IMG/VR virus record: IMGVR_UViG_3300035228_000644 | Location: 1 to 62,018 of that record | Origin: a virus | Lineage: Duplodnaviria > Caudoviricetes | Direction: 5' to 3' (one strand) | DNA length: 62,018 bases | Shown: piece by piece, positions 48,301 through 57,230 of the stretch | Numbering within the stretch: the first letter of the stretch is position 1 | How the letters are laid out: the number at the start of each line of letters is the position of its first letter | The notes under the pieces: model-generated | Database searches by the model: none | The model's input: the letters and a program-made list of their open reading frames with translations, nothing else | What the model was told of the DNA's origin: nothing | Made by a program: the position numbers and the translations under genes

Positions 48301-50258
48301 ACTGCATACCCAGTACCAGGGGCATTGACAGTTACTGCAGTAACAACACCTGCTGACGCGGTAATATCTACAGTTAGACTAGAACCCCCACCACCAGTTG
48401 TAGCAATACCTGTAGCAGTTGTATATCCAGTACCACCAACAATAGTGTCTAGAGTAAGAACATCACCAGATGTCTGGTCAATATTAACTGTAGAGGACTC
48501 AATAGGTCGAGAATCATTTAAAATCCAATTTGCGCCAAATCTAATGTTACTAGATCCATCTTTACCAAAGGAAGATTTTGCATCAGTTAATTTGTAACTG
48601 TGTGCTGCTTCCAGAGTACCAACGTCTCTACCATTGATATCAAGGATTTCACCATTAGAGAAAACACCAGTCACATGCTCAAGATAAATGTAATGTGACC
48701 CATTACCAGTATCCGCAATATATCCTGTAGCACCAGATGTTTTACCAGTAACTCTAGTTCCAGAAACATATGGAGTAACTGCATTAGCGATGTTTAACAC
48801 CGTAAACATCTGAGCATCAAAGAACCAAAGATCATAAACACCATCAGCAATTGTCGGTTCGATTCCGAACGGTGATGTTGCTGCTAAAGCAGTGCTAGAT
48901 TTTTGTAATTGAATAACTCTACATCTACCGATTCTATTAGCACCAGATTTTACTGCATTAGTTACATTTGGTTGCCAATCGTCATATAGATCAAGAATCT
49001 GATATGCATCACTTACACCATCACCAGAAACTTCTGGCCATCCATATACATCATAGACTTTAATAAAGTTACCAAGATTGAAGTTGACAATACCATTCTG
49101 GCGTTTCTCAAAATCTCTTGGTTTATCTACATCAACATACTGAGGTGAAATAAACTCACTTCTATAACCTCTAATATATGCCTTACCAGGACTAACTTCA
49201 ATCGCTAATTTACTATCGGTTGCTTCAAATCCTTGAGCAGATGTTTGTCCCTGTTGATAAACACCATTATTAAATCCATCATTAAGATGCTCACGCATCG
49301 TAACATCAAATGTGTCAATTACATAATCACCAGACTCCTCGTAAGTACGACGAGCCATAGATTTTTCCAACTCACTATATTCAGTTCTTTCAACAAAACT
49401 TTCAATTCTACTATTATTAATTCTTAGTAATTCAATAAAATTCTTATCTGCTTCATCTGTAATCAGTCTCTTAACAAACTGAGTTTGAATCTTGAATCTA
49501 TGGGCACCTGGGGCAGAGTAATTGGAAGTTCCTGCAGCATTATCATTTAGAGATTCGTCATCTTCTGGAGTAACAATAGACTCAAGAATATCGAGACCAA
49601 CCCTATAAGAAGGAGTGTTGGTATACTGATCAAGAATAATATAAGAAGATGGCACATTTACAAAATGACCACGGATATAGTATACACCCTCACTAATATA
49701 GGCAGTAGATCCAATTGCAGTGGCATTAACAGGAAGGAGTTGTGCAAAGGGAGTACCAATTTCAATCAAAGTTGAACCAAAAGTAATCTCACTATCCGTA
49801 ATCAACTGTTCATTAATCTGAAACGTCTTTAGACCTGTTGCAGATGTTGTATCTCCAGAATCAATATACTTAACATATAAAGTGATATAACTTCTTTCCG
49901 ATTCCGTAGAAGAGATACTGTATAGAACTTTTGCTCTAACACCTGTGGTCAGTCCTTCAATAATAGTTCCTGTTAATTGACTTCTATAAGTCTCAACATC
50001 ACTACCTAAAAAAGATTCTTGTAGTAGAACTGCCTGAACATCCAAGTCATAACCCACTTGACCAGGAATGACCATCGCTCCATCTTTGAACAGATGAGTT
50101 CCGACAGACTCTACTTGATTTTGCAGAATACTCTGCATCGTGCTAAGTTCTCTCGCCTGAATTGGAAATCCAGGTCGGAATAGCACCCTATAAAAATTAT
50201 TATCCTTATCGAAGTCGTCGTAATAAGGGGTGACGTTTAGATTTGTGTTTTGTGCCAT
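42399..50258 (-). CDS. large virion structural protein, VrlC/DUF4815-like (2619 aa)
   Basis: TNLNVTPYYDDF, RVLFRPG.PIQARELSTMQSILQNQ, APGAHR, ARRTYEESGDY, DPLAQSF. Confidence 0.85.
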   Translation of the reverse strand: MAQNTNLNVTPYYDDFDKDNNFYRVLFRPGFPIQARELSTMQSILQNQVESVGTHLFKDGAMVIPGQVGYDLDVQAVLLQESFLGSDVETYRSQLTGTIIEGLTTGVRAKVLYSISSTESERSYITLYVKYIDSGDTTSATGLKTFQINEQLITDSEITFGSTLIEIGTPFAQLLPVNATAIGSTAYISEGVYYIRGHFVNVPSSYIILDQYTNTPSYRVGLDILESIVTPEDDESLNDNAAGTSNYSAPGAHRFKIQTQFVKRLITDEADKNFIELLRINNSRIESFVERTEYSELEKSMARRTYEESGDYVIDTFDVTMREHLNDGFNNGVYQQGQTSAQGFEATDSKLAIEVSPGKAYIRGYRSEFISPQYVDVDKPRDFEKRQNGIVNFNLGNFIKVYDVYGWPEVSGDGVSDAYQILDLYDDWQPNVTNAVKSGANRIGRCRVIQLQKSSTALAATSPFGIEPTIADGVYDLWFFDAQMFTVLNIANAVTPYVSGTRVTGKTSGATGYIADTGNGSHYIYLEHVTGVFSNGEILDINGRDVGTLEAAHSYKLTDAKSSFGKDGSSNIRFGANWILNDSRPIESSTVNIDQTSGDVLTLDTIVGGTGYTTATGIATTGGGGSSLTVDITASAGVVTAVTVNAPGTGYAVDETITIANANASGINTIDTISAADGSRTAGTYTIGASDYSTGASGSAATFSIVVDGSGAATVTITNDGTGFIVNETITVADAQLGSGGGAALTFDVATIHGNSATFDVATAGTNDITGFRTRFEKDLRPGDVVTPTLSDLEGTNTHRILRVDPAAIATTAINKKSTVPSSSEIFDFANQVARIDSTLKVGTVNDGQYGELVRLRPFIFQKDYQNGELSFDLPEDTMKSLDDESFFVYRNFASKTVTTGAITLTLPESESFGALSGDNYILTIIANGGSVVYSNGQNVDLDAEVDIGALTVTFGSGNQSISIDGLGSVATITLTALVSKNTVSKKIKTASKMKALKVFKSEEDLVQQPTGLIYSSLYGTRVQDQDVSFGINDVYKVHAIYESFDENDASSPYVVLTESVFFAASTLIIGKTSGARGRVISFSNSDLKLYYVGLNEIPFITGETVNGFNSAGTAVTGIIDDSENSTFVGSKVITDQFTLESGQRTNFYDVSKLVRLPSTVAPTRRLLVIFDYLSHEASGDYFSAESYSGISYKEIPNYKLDGSIKYIRDQIDLRPAVQELRNGSGTVSAPFFVNCTTFDFVSRVFSTAGGSGGATIFDIMEVDSSFRCDYSWYLPRIDKLYLSHDGKLIVTKGVSGYFLIPPPKVENAMLLASIEYKPFVFDPERDVLISTEVIKRYTMKDIGDLETRLTHVEYYTSLSLLESQAENTKTYDENGFDRLKNGYVVDDFTDHTTGAVFSPDYKCSLDFKEGQLRAQHYTTNVALQYNAAESTNIVKTEGNVLMLPYDDVAIVTQPYASRTENVNPFNVFTFIGRIDLTPASDDWIDTDRMPARVENIEGDFSSVSEDMQVDQDGFAPIQWGSWQTNWTGETLLSSTQTTSASGTYGVGRQLGRAGHGQRRQGLFYLHNRETFRVVNNQARQGVRTRVVPKIERRSLGDTVLSRSAIPWIRSRNIGFNVDRMKPRTRMYAFFDGVNVSTYITPKVIEIIKNSTTDARTNETPFVVGETVIGSNSGAQLKVVAPDDGLKTNPYGKGTEVLPTSYSSQTAYLNHDITAISETVSPDYFGNIQVGELLTGQTSGAVAVVQDRRLLTDNVGNLQGCLFIPSPKNDANPRWATGTRTFRFTTSEENSKAPGTVDSSADTTYAATGTLQTVQENVLAVRNAELVRDTVSEDRVVQTTRVEERQIGWYDPLAQSFIVEEEGGMFLSGVDVFFNTKDTNIPISMQIRTMENGYPTKTILPFSDVTITPDTIDISTSAAVPTRFTFRAPVYIKASVEYCFVLLSDSNEYQVWISRMGDVDVTGTRTISEQPYAGVLFKSQNASTWTADQYEDLKFTIYRADFTSTTGTVVLNNTPQGRGNNGIHRLIDNPIQTIKPKLVLSAGLANNQYTFSQGARLLQQTSNAQATVVSSTTSGSVIDKITVNDVSGNWLQGTTTTFLIRSSEALATMVVGSATGTLEVGDIVTGATSGSVGIVKTWNGSNALVLHYITGAFTDTESISETGGWTGTVTSCLESGDSFGAYLSSAPNYANDEQEILVYHRNHGMHSRQNNVKIEGVVSEISPSSLTSALAAAATSLSATDSSTFHQVVNGAAVSDANPGYVKIDNEIIKYSAISSDGKTITVATSGRGSNGTVDVTHASGAIVECYNLDGIPLIDINKTHTSLECPWMDTYMLQMAGVANSGIRAGGNRVFATQNTQFETLTPTISVMNMPETTITSRINTTTGTSVGDGGGEGGSTPRDQNSFVNDGSYQTITINDLNFFPNPKLVCSEVNELAKLDGQKSLTMAIDLSTTKSTLSPVVDLDRCSLITTSNRINNWPGGPSPYGQQGQIDRTQDVSTLPFGDQNDCVYITRLARLIRESRSLRVDFQMSRPPEAEVRIYYRAFSTGTNDDINSLGWTMMPLPLQYDASASEEILWKDYYYEVSGLNFNAFQLKIVMKSTSQARIPLIADLRAIALAT

Positions 50259-51790
50259 TAGAACTCGATTACGATTTTGATGTCTTCTACTTGGTCGTTT
50301 GCACGACTAATTGCTCTTCTGTTATCTATATAAACAACCTGACCACTATTTGGTTCAATCTCGGCTTTTGCAAATCCGTTATTAAATCTCATACCCAAGT
50401 CATATTCAGTGTTGTTAATAGTTCTAGAAGAAGAATTTGGTACTGCGGGAAAGTTTACATCTGGTTGACCTGATGCACCAGAAGTTGCTCCACTAATTAC
50501 ATTGGAACCGTCAAACTCATTTTGTGTGCCCGTAACTTCAGGGAAAATTCCATCAACAGAGTTCTGGTAATATTTTAGAACTTTTGTTATTGCATTCCAA
50601 GAAATAACACGACCGCGAGCAGTAACGTTTGTTCCACCAACAACTCTGGTTTGAGTAATAATTTCGTCAGGAACATAGTTCCCTTGGAAAATTGGTGAAA
50701 AAATAACTGCTTTAGTTGCAGATACCGTTAGATCTGAGATGAGTTCTGCTGTTCCAAACTTAAGAGGATTTGTTACAAGACCAATACGACGATAGTCATT
50801 ATCAATAGGGAAATCACCAGCACCTTCATCATATGATAGTTTAGCGTTGATCATGACGCGAAAAGCACCAATTTCAACAGCAGAATCATTACCATGTCCA
50901 TTTGGTGGAGGGATGATAACATCAACTTCTCCACTAGTTCCTGTTCCAATACCAGTGATAGAACCAATACTGATTTGACCGAATGTATACCCAGTACCAC
51001 CAGAAGTAACTGTGGCTGATGTGATCTTACCACCATCAACAACGATGGAAACACGACCGCCAGCACCGTCACCATTGATAGCAACGTTATCATAAGTTCC
51101 GTTGTTATAACCAGAACCAGATGAGTTAATTACAACAGTGTCAATTTCACCACCAACTGCATTTGTTTTTACCGCGTCATTGGTAAAGACGGGCATGTAA
51201 TCGTTGGAGAAAAACTTAAGAACCGAAGCAACTGGAATAGTGTACATATACTTCCAACGATATCCATCGCCAGTAGTAATAATACTGGTGGAAGTACCAG
51301 TAGGTTCAACAGTAGAAGGTTTTCCATTAGGATCAGAAGGAGATGTTCCGTTGTAGATACACTTATATACTTGATATTGTGAATTTACAACATAAAAATC
51401 TGCATCATATAGTTTAGTAGCACCAGAGGAGGCAGTCTTACTAGGAGAATAGTCGTGACGATACATATCGTAGGTAAAACCTAAACCACCAGTGGTTTGT
51501 TCGGGAGATACCCAATCAATACGTCGACAAACCTGAATAGTGTCCGCAGCAAGGACTCTCTTCAGGGAAATCATATCATCATATGAATTAGAAAACTCCG
51601 AGAAGGAGTCGACTGCTTGAGGGGGAGAATTTTCATTATCCCAAGACTGAGGTCTTCCAATGAAAACATAAAGTCTATCACGATTAGATCCTGCTAAAGA
51701 ATCCGATTCAGTCGCATTGGGACCTTCAAGTGCCTTGATGAATTTCCTCGATGAGAAAATTCTAAATTGATCAGTTAGTAGGGCTGCCAT
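50258..51790 (-). CDS. gp8: baseplate wedge subunit gp8
   Basis: YDMYRHDYS, VYKCIYNG, DGYRWKYMYTI, YIDNR..ISR..DQ.EDIKIVIEF. Confidence 0.9.
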   Translation of the reverse strand: MAALLTDQFRIFSSRKFIKALEGPNATESDSLAGSNRDRLYVFIGRPQSWDNENSPPQAVDSFSEFSNSYDDMISLKRVLAADTIQVCRRIDWVSPEQTTGGLGFTYDMYRHDYSPSKTASSGATKLYDADFYVVNSQYQVYKCIYNGTSPSDPNGKPSTVEPTGTSTSIITTGDGYRWKYMYTIPVASVLKFFSNDYMPVFTNDAVKTNAVGGEIDTVVINSSGSGYNNGTYDNVAINGDGAGGRVSIVVDGGKITSATVTSGGTGYTFGQISIGSITGIGTGTSGEVDVIIPPPNGHGNDSAVEIGAFRVMINAKLSYDEGAGDFPIDNDYRRIGLVTNPLKFGTAELISDLTVSATKAVIFSPIFQGNYVPDEIITQTRVVGGTNVTARGRVISWNAITKVLKYYQNSVDGIFPEVTGTQNEFDGSNVISGATSGASGQPDVNFPAVPNSSSRTINNTEYDLGMRFNNGFAKAEIEPNSGQVVYIDNRRAISRANDQVEDIKIVIEF

Positions 51791-51819
51791 TTCCTAGGGG
51801 TACTATTATCCTTCTTGTT

Positions 51820-51826
51820 TATTTAT
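51820..51826 (-). promoter_or_regulatory. late promoter (ATAAATA)
   Basis: Upstream of gp8. Confidence 0.7.
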
Positions 51827-51831
51827 GAAGG

Positions 51832-54800
51832 TTACGAACGAGCATTAGATATGTATTCAATGCTCTTGATTCTATAAGATGCTCCACTATTACCAAGGAT
51901 CTTTTCACCACCCATAATTGCGTATCCACTAGCACCTGAACCTGTAGTATCTCCACCAGCATTTGTGAATGTAATTGTTGGATGTAAGTTATATGTCCCA
52001 TCAATAGTTTGTGGAATACCATATCCACCATTAGTTAATGTAATGGTGGATACCTGGTCTCCTGCTGTAGTCATAACTACAGTTCCAACCGCTTGTATAT
52101 CTCCAGTATTCTCAATGGCGATTGTTGGTGATGCTGTGTAGTTTGTTCCAGGATTTTGAATATACACATCAACAATAGTGCTTTTCTCTGAGAATTGATA
52201 TAGATAACCTGCCTCACCTACAGCAACATTCCCAGTATTAAATGGAATGATAGATTGAACTTGAAGAATATTTGTGTTTGGATTCCAAGAAACAACGGTT
52301 CCCTTAATACCAGAGACTTCTCCAGTTACAACTTCATTGACGCTATAGTTTTGTCCATTACCAAATGAAGGGTCTACAGTAATGTTGACTAGAGCAGTAT
52401 GATCAGTTCCTTCATTAAGACCGCCTGCTGTAGAGATAGCAGCATATCTAAATGGCACATTTGCGTCCTTAATAGCATCTCCAACTTGGAATAGTGTTGT
52501 ATTTGTACCACCTTGTGTTTCCTCAATACCATAAAGTGAATTATAAATTCCACCCTCTAGATTGATTTGATTGGCATAGTCTGTTGCTGTATTTACCAAA
52601 TCGGGAATACCATCCCCAGCGCCAGACTGTTCGTCATCATCTTCAAATTTCTTATCTGTTATAGATGAAATTGGTGTGGTCAATAAAGTAATTGAAGATC
52701 CCAATTCAACTAAAAGCACATGAGGTTCCTGCCCAAACGAGGTACTATTTGCAACTCCTGCATCAAATTGAACTGTTGCATCCTCTGTAGAAGGAATACC
52801 ACCATCAATGAATGCAAGTTCATCAATTTCAAAAACAAGTAATAATTCTCTAGTAGATGCATTCCAATCATATACTTTAGCAATTTTATTTGATGCGCTC
52901 TCAACTCTACGAATAAGTCTATCGCCAATATTAAATTTATAAGTTGAAACACCAAACTGATCATTTTGAGCAGCATCTAATATAACTCTTTGGTCATAAT
53001 TAAAATTAACTCCACGAGTAAGACCTGAAAACTTTTCATCAGTTTTTGAAGTGTATGCAATAGTCTCATAATCAAGAATAAATTCTCCAGATCCTGGAAA
53101 AGCAGTAGTTGATTTTACATAAATTTCAGAGTCATCTGGAGCAACATCTTTTGACAATCCAGTCAAGAAAATCGTTGAACTATTATTAGATTGACGAGAT
53201 CGTGTTTTACGTTTTAGATTAACTAATCGAGTAAAGATAACATTAGGTGAAGATGTATATCCATCACCCTGATCGGTGACAGTGATACCTGATATTTGAC
53301 CTTGGTTAATTGTGGCAACTGCTTTTGCACCAATACCACCACCACCAGTCAAGAGAATGAATGGAGGTTCTTGATAGAATTCACCAGGATCTGCAATACC
53401 AATTGTTGTTACTTTACCAGTGATGTCAATCTTAGCAGCACCTTTAGCGTCCTGTCCTCCACCACCTTCAAAAATTACTGTAGGTGCTGTAGAATAACTT
53501 CTTCCAGGATTTAAGAGTGTAAGACCAGTTACTGTTTGTACTGTAGGTGTTCCTGTTGCACCAGATCCTTCACCACCTAATATCTTCGCCTTTGCCGATC
53601 CAAAGTAGTTATCACCACTTCTTGACATCTTAATGTAAGAAACGCTACCAGTATCATCTAAAACAACTTCTCCTGCCGCCCCATCAGGGAATGTAGTTGG
53701 GAGAGTGGGAACAACGTCACCTTCAAATATTGGAGTTCCATAATACTTAGGACCGATAGCATATGGATATACAGGATTTCCACTACCATCTTCAGTCATA
53801 AAGTATGCATATGTCCCATTTGGATACTCTGGTGTTACAGCAAACTTACCATTAAACTCATCCAATGTTCCAACACTAGAATCGTAAATGTAATCCTGAA
53901 TAAGATCCCCCAATACATAACCAGTTTGAACTGTTCTAACTCCCGAAGTTGATGCAGGATAAGCAAAAACATATAAAGTTGTTGGTGCTGATACAGGAAC
54001 TGTGAATCTTAATTCTCTAGAAGTTGCTGCATTAAATCCAGAAATATATGATGTGAAATCGGTTACTTGAGATCCATCAAGATAATATTCGACACCTAAA
54101 GAATACAAATATGAAGTGTTTCCAATATCTGATGGATTTCCTGTTGAGTGCCACCCAGTCTCGGTTTCAGATAATAGTAGAAACTGAGTATCATTGGAAG
54201 AATTATTTTGGTTAAAAATATAAGTTTTACCCCTATCAAGACTCAAGAAATTAGGTCTTACTCCATCAAATAAGAATTCGTTATTTGATACAGTTACCGC
54301 ATATGTGACGGTAGATACTGTATTTACATCTTCTCTTGGTCCAGGTAATTCTGCTGTAGTTCTAACACGGAAAGAAGATACCTCTCTTACAGCATTACCA
54401 CTTGAATTGTATCCATAAGGTCCATAAATGGGATAACCATCATACGACATGCCAAGAATTTTGGAATGCCCGTCAAGGTGACGACTATAATCTAAAGTTC
54501 CTCCTGTGCCAAAATAATCTTCAACATAATAATTGTTTATTGTAGTTTCAGCACTGACATCGGTATCGATACTAATATAACCCTCATTACCATCATAACC
54601 AGACATATTGCCATGGTTCTTACAGAAATAATAAATTCTACTAGTTTCATCAGGATTCATTATAAGAAGAGGAGCATATTCATCTTCATAGTCTGCTGCT
54701 GGTGCTGCAGATGATCCTGTGCTTTGATAATACAAAGTTCCAGGTGAAATATTATGGATTCCATCAGCAGTTGTACTAAACTGTATTGGATGTCCTATAC

Positions 54801-55977
54801 CTTGAGTATTGGATGAATCTGACTGATTGAATTTAATTAAATAATTTTGCTTTACTGTAATATTATCGGGTGCCAAATAATATTGACCAGGAGAAAAGGG
54901 ACCAAACTTTGCAGCATCAACTCCAAAATCAATATAGTAAAGATTCAGGGAAACTGGTGGTGAAGTAATTGTGAATGTAAATCCATTAGAACCCAAACAT
55001 CTATCATTTTCAGCAAAAACTTGTGCAGTGGAAACTGATCTAAGATAAATTCTAGTGATATTATTTAAACCATCTCTAGCAATTTTTGCAACCTCCCCTC
55101 TTGCAGTACCACCAATTTCATCAACTATTCTACCAATACTAATATTTCCTAATGTTTCATCAACATTAGAAACATCTAGCATAATATTTCCATATTCAAC
55201 CTTAACATTCCAAGTATATTGTTTTAGTTTACCCCACTCAAATACACCATTTGCTGTAGAAAATTCATCAATAACTTTACTAGATTGATAATATCTTACA
55301 TTCCCCTCAGTTACTGTATCATAAACAGTATTAGATTTTATATAGTCATACTTTACAGAATCAATAGCAAAATTAGTCGGTGCATTGCCTGCAGTACCCC
55401 ATTCAGGAGTATGGAGTAAACCACCATTTGCAAGAATTCCTAAAACTTTATCATTCTGTTCCGTTCGGATTCCTGCGTCAGGAGCATCTTTACCACCACG
55501 GTAAATAAATGTTTGATCAAAATTTCTATCTACTAATGGTCCTCCAGATGGAATTGATTCCGTTTGAGTCCAGGTTGGTTTAGGATCATTATCGGATACA
55601 ATACGAAGTCTATCTGTATCAACAGTAAATGTTCCAATGGTAGGTGAGTTTGGATGAGACTGCCAAATTTTATTTACATTAAAAGATGAAATTACGTTTG
55701 GTGTTTCTTGCTCAGGAAAAAATCTCAATCTTAGTGGATCATACCCATTTCCCCTTTCTAAAACTCTAACATGTGTAATCCTACCAGATGCACTATCAAC
55801 AATAGGATACAAAAGTGCTTCTTGGTCGGGAGTTCCACAACCAGTTACAGTTAAACGAGGAGGATCTGATTGTGAATAACCAGATCCACCATCCACTACT
55901 CTTATCGCACGAACACCGAAAATCTCATCAAAGATTGGTTCGATGACAGCACCAGATCCAGGAACAGTTCTTGTCAT
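51832..55977 (-). CDS. virion structural protein with YHYH-like domain and cupredoxin-like inserts (1381 aa)
   Basis: HSKILGMSYDGYPIYGPYGY, LDEFNGKFAVTPEYPNGTYAYF; GHP...YYFCKNHGNM; GxGY..xPxV repeats. Confidence 0.75.
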   Translation of the reverse strand: MTRTVPGSGAVIEPIFDEIFGVRAIRVVDGGSGYSQSDPPRLTVTGCGTPDQEALLYPIVDSASGRITHVRVLERGNGYDPLRLRFFPEQETPNVISSFNVNKIWQSHPNSPTIGTFTVDTDRLRIVSDNDPKPTWTQTESIPSGGPLVDRNFDQTFIYRGGKDAPDAGIRTEQNDKVLGILANGGLLHTPEWGTAGNAPTNFAIDSVKYDYIKSNTVYDTVTEGNVRYYQSSKVIDEFSTANGVFEWGKLKQYTWNVKVEYGNIMLDVSNVDETLGNISIGRIVDEIGGTARGEVAKIARDGLNNITRIYLRSVSTAQVFAENDRCLGSNGFTFTITSPPVSLNLYYIDFGVDAAKFGPFSPGQYYLAPDNITVKQNYLIKFNQSDSSNTQGIGHPIQFSTTADGIHNISPGTLYYQSTGSSAAPAADYEDEYAPLLIMNPDETSRIYYFCKNHGNMSGYDGNEGYISIDTDVSAETTINNYYVEDYFGTGGTLDYSRHLDGHSKILGMSYDGYPIYGPYGYNSSGNAVREVSSFRVRTTAELPGPREDVNTVSTVTYAVTVSNNEFLFDGVRPNFLSLDRGKTYIFNQNNSSNDTQFLLLSETETGWHSTGNPSDIGNTSYLYSLGVEYYLDGSQVTDFTSYISGFNAATSRELRFTVPVSAPTTLYVFAYPASTSGVRTVQTGYVLGDLIQDYIYDSSVGTLDEFNGKFAVTPEYPNGTYAYFMTEDGSGNPVYPYAIGPKYYGTPIFEGDVVPTLPTTFPDGAAGEVVLDDTGSVSYIKMSRSGDNYFGSAKAKILGGEGSGATGTPTVQTVTGLTLLNPGRSYSTAPTVIFEGGGGQDAKGAAKIDITGKVTTIGIADPGEFYQEPPFILLTGGGGIGAKAVATINQGQISGITVTDQGDGYTSSPNVIFTRLVNLKRKTRSRQSNNSSTIFLTGLSKDVAPDDSEIYVKSTTAFPGSGEFILDYETIAYTSKTDEKFSGLTRGVNFNYDQRVILDAAQNDQFGVSTYKFNIGDRLIRRVESASNKIAKVYDWNASTRELLLVFEIDELAFIDGGIPSTEDATVQFDAGVANSTSFGQEPHVLLVELGSSITLLTTPISSITDKKFEDDDEQSGAGDGIPDLVNTATDYANQINLEGGIYNSLYGIEETQGGTNTTLFQVGDAIKDANVPFRYAAISTAGGLNEGTDHTALVNITVDPSFGNGQNYSVNEVVTGEVSGIKGTVVSWNPNTNILQVQSIIPFNTGNVAVGEAGYLYQFSEKSTIVDVYIQNPGTNYTASPTIAIENTGDIQAVGTVVMTTAGDQVSTITLTNGGYGIPQTIDGTYNLHPTITFTNAGGDTTGSGASGYAIMGGEKILGNSGASYRIKSIEYISNARS

Positions 55978-55982
55978 TTATA

Positions 55983-57203
55983 TCAAACGATAACGTTAAT
56001 AGTGCCATTCATCTGTGCATGAATGGTGCATTGATAATAAAGAGTACTTGGAGCATCCATTGGGATTGTAAAGTACAATACCGAAGTTCCACTACCAGTT
56101 TGACCTGTAGTGTATGGAGTTCCTGTTAATCCCTGACTACTTTGAAGTCTAAATGGGTGGGATCCCCCATTTGTACTATTGTCAAAGGCGTATGTCATTC
56201 CTCTCATCACATAGAGAGTGGGATCACTTGTGACTCCAGAAAATCCAGGACCATTGAATGTAAAATTACTTGCCCCATCTGCACCCAGTTCCCACCAAGT
56301 AAGTGGACTACGAGTCACAACCCAATCAGTTCCATTCCAATATAAAGAATCACCTTGAGTAATACCAGTAACATCAGTATCAGTTAATGCGGCAAGAGTT
56401 GTAGTAAGAGTACCATTGAAGTTTACAGTTACAGTATCACCAACAACTGCTGTAGTGATATTAGTACCACCAGTAATTGTTAATGTATCTGAAGAAGTAT
56501 TAGCAGTTGTACTTCCAGTATCTGCCGCAATACTAGCAAAGATATTCTGTTCTCCTGCACCAGCTACATCATCAGCAGGAACAAAATTAGTTCCATTCCA
56601 CTTCAGTACTTGGTTAGTTGTAGGAGCGGCAGTTGTAATATCGACATCAGACAGAGCATCAATCCCAGAATACTCAGTAAGAAGTTTTGCTCTAGTATCA
56701 CCAATACCACCAGAAGTGATGTTCATATTTACATATGGATTATCATCACCATCAACTGTAAAGAAATAACCAGGTGTAGATGCTGCAGTAGGAGCATTAC
56801 CTAATGTAGTATATTCATTTTTGTAGGAAATTGTCGATCCTACACTAACACCTCCAGTAGCACCATCAAAAATAGTGGTTAGACTTCCAGTAGTAATTCT
56901 AACGTCCCCCGTTCCATTTGGAGCAAGAGTAATATCACCATCAGATGATGAAATAATAGAATTACCAGAAACGTCTAATGCAGATGTTAATGCATTGAAA
57001 TTACCAGGAGAAAATTCAGATCCATCATATTTTAAAACTTGACCCACTGCAGGATTTAATACAGAGATGCCCAAAGCAGACCCATTACCAATGGCGGTAT
57101 ATAGTTCATTAAAATTATCATTAATTTTGTCACCGCCACTCCTTAGAGTATCACCTGTATTGTCATTGGCAACTGTGCCAATGTTTAGGGATTGTTTAGA
57201 CAT
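55983..57203 (-). CDS. gp9: baseplate wedge / tail-fibre connector gp9-like protein with C-terminal cupredoxin-like domain
   Basis: T4 gp9/gp10 N-terminus KQSLNIGTVANDNTGDTLRSGGDKINDNFNELY; C-terminal SHPF...YYQCTIHAQM. Confidence 0.75.
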   Translation of the reverse strand: MSKQSLNIGTVANDNTGDTLRSGGDKINDNFNELYTAIGNGSALGISVLNPAVGQVLKYDGSEFSPGNFNALTSALDVSGNSIISSSDGDITLAPNGTGDVRITTGSLTTIFDGATGGVSVGSTISYKNEYTTLGNAPTAASTPGYFFTVDGDDNPYVNMNITSGGIGDTRAKLLTEYSGIDALSDVDITTAAPTTNQVLKWNGTNFVPADDVAGAGEQNIFASIAADTGSTTANTSSDTLTITGGTNITTAVVGDTVTVNFNGTLTTTLAALTDTDVTGITQGDSLYWNGTDWVVTRSPLTWWELGADGASNFTFNGPGFSGVTSDPTLYVMRGMTYAFDNSTNGGSHPFRLQSSQGLTGTPYTTGQTGSGTSVLYFTIPMDAPSTLYYQCTIHAQMNGTINVIV

Positions 57204-57223
57204 TACTCGCTACAATTTTTAGT

Positions 57224-57230
57224 TATTTAT
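57224..57230 (-). promoter_or_regulatory. late promoter (ATAAATA)
   Basis: Upstream of the gp9-like gene. Confidence 0.7.
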
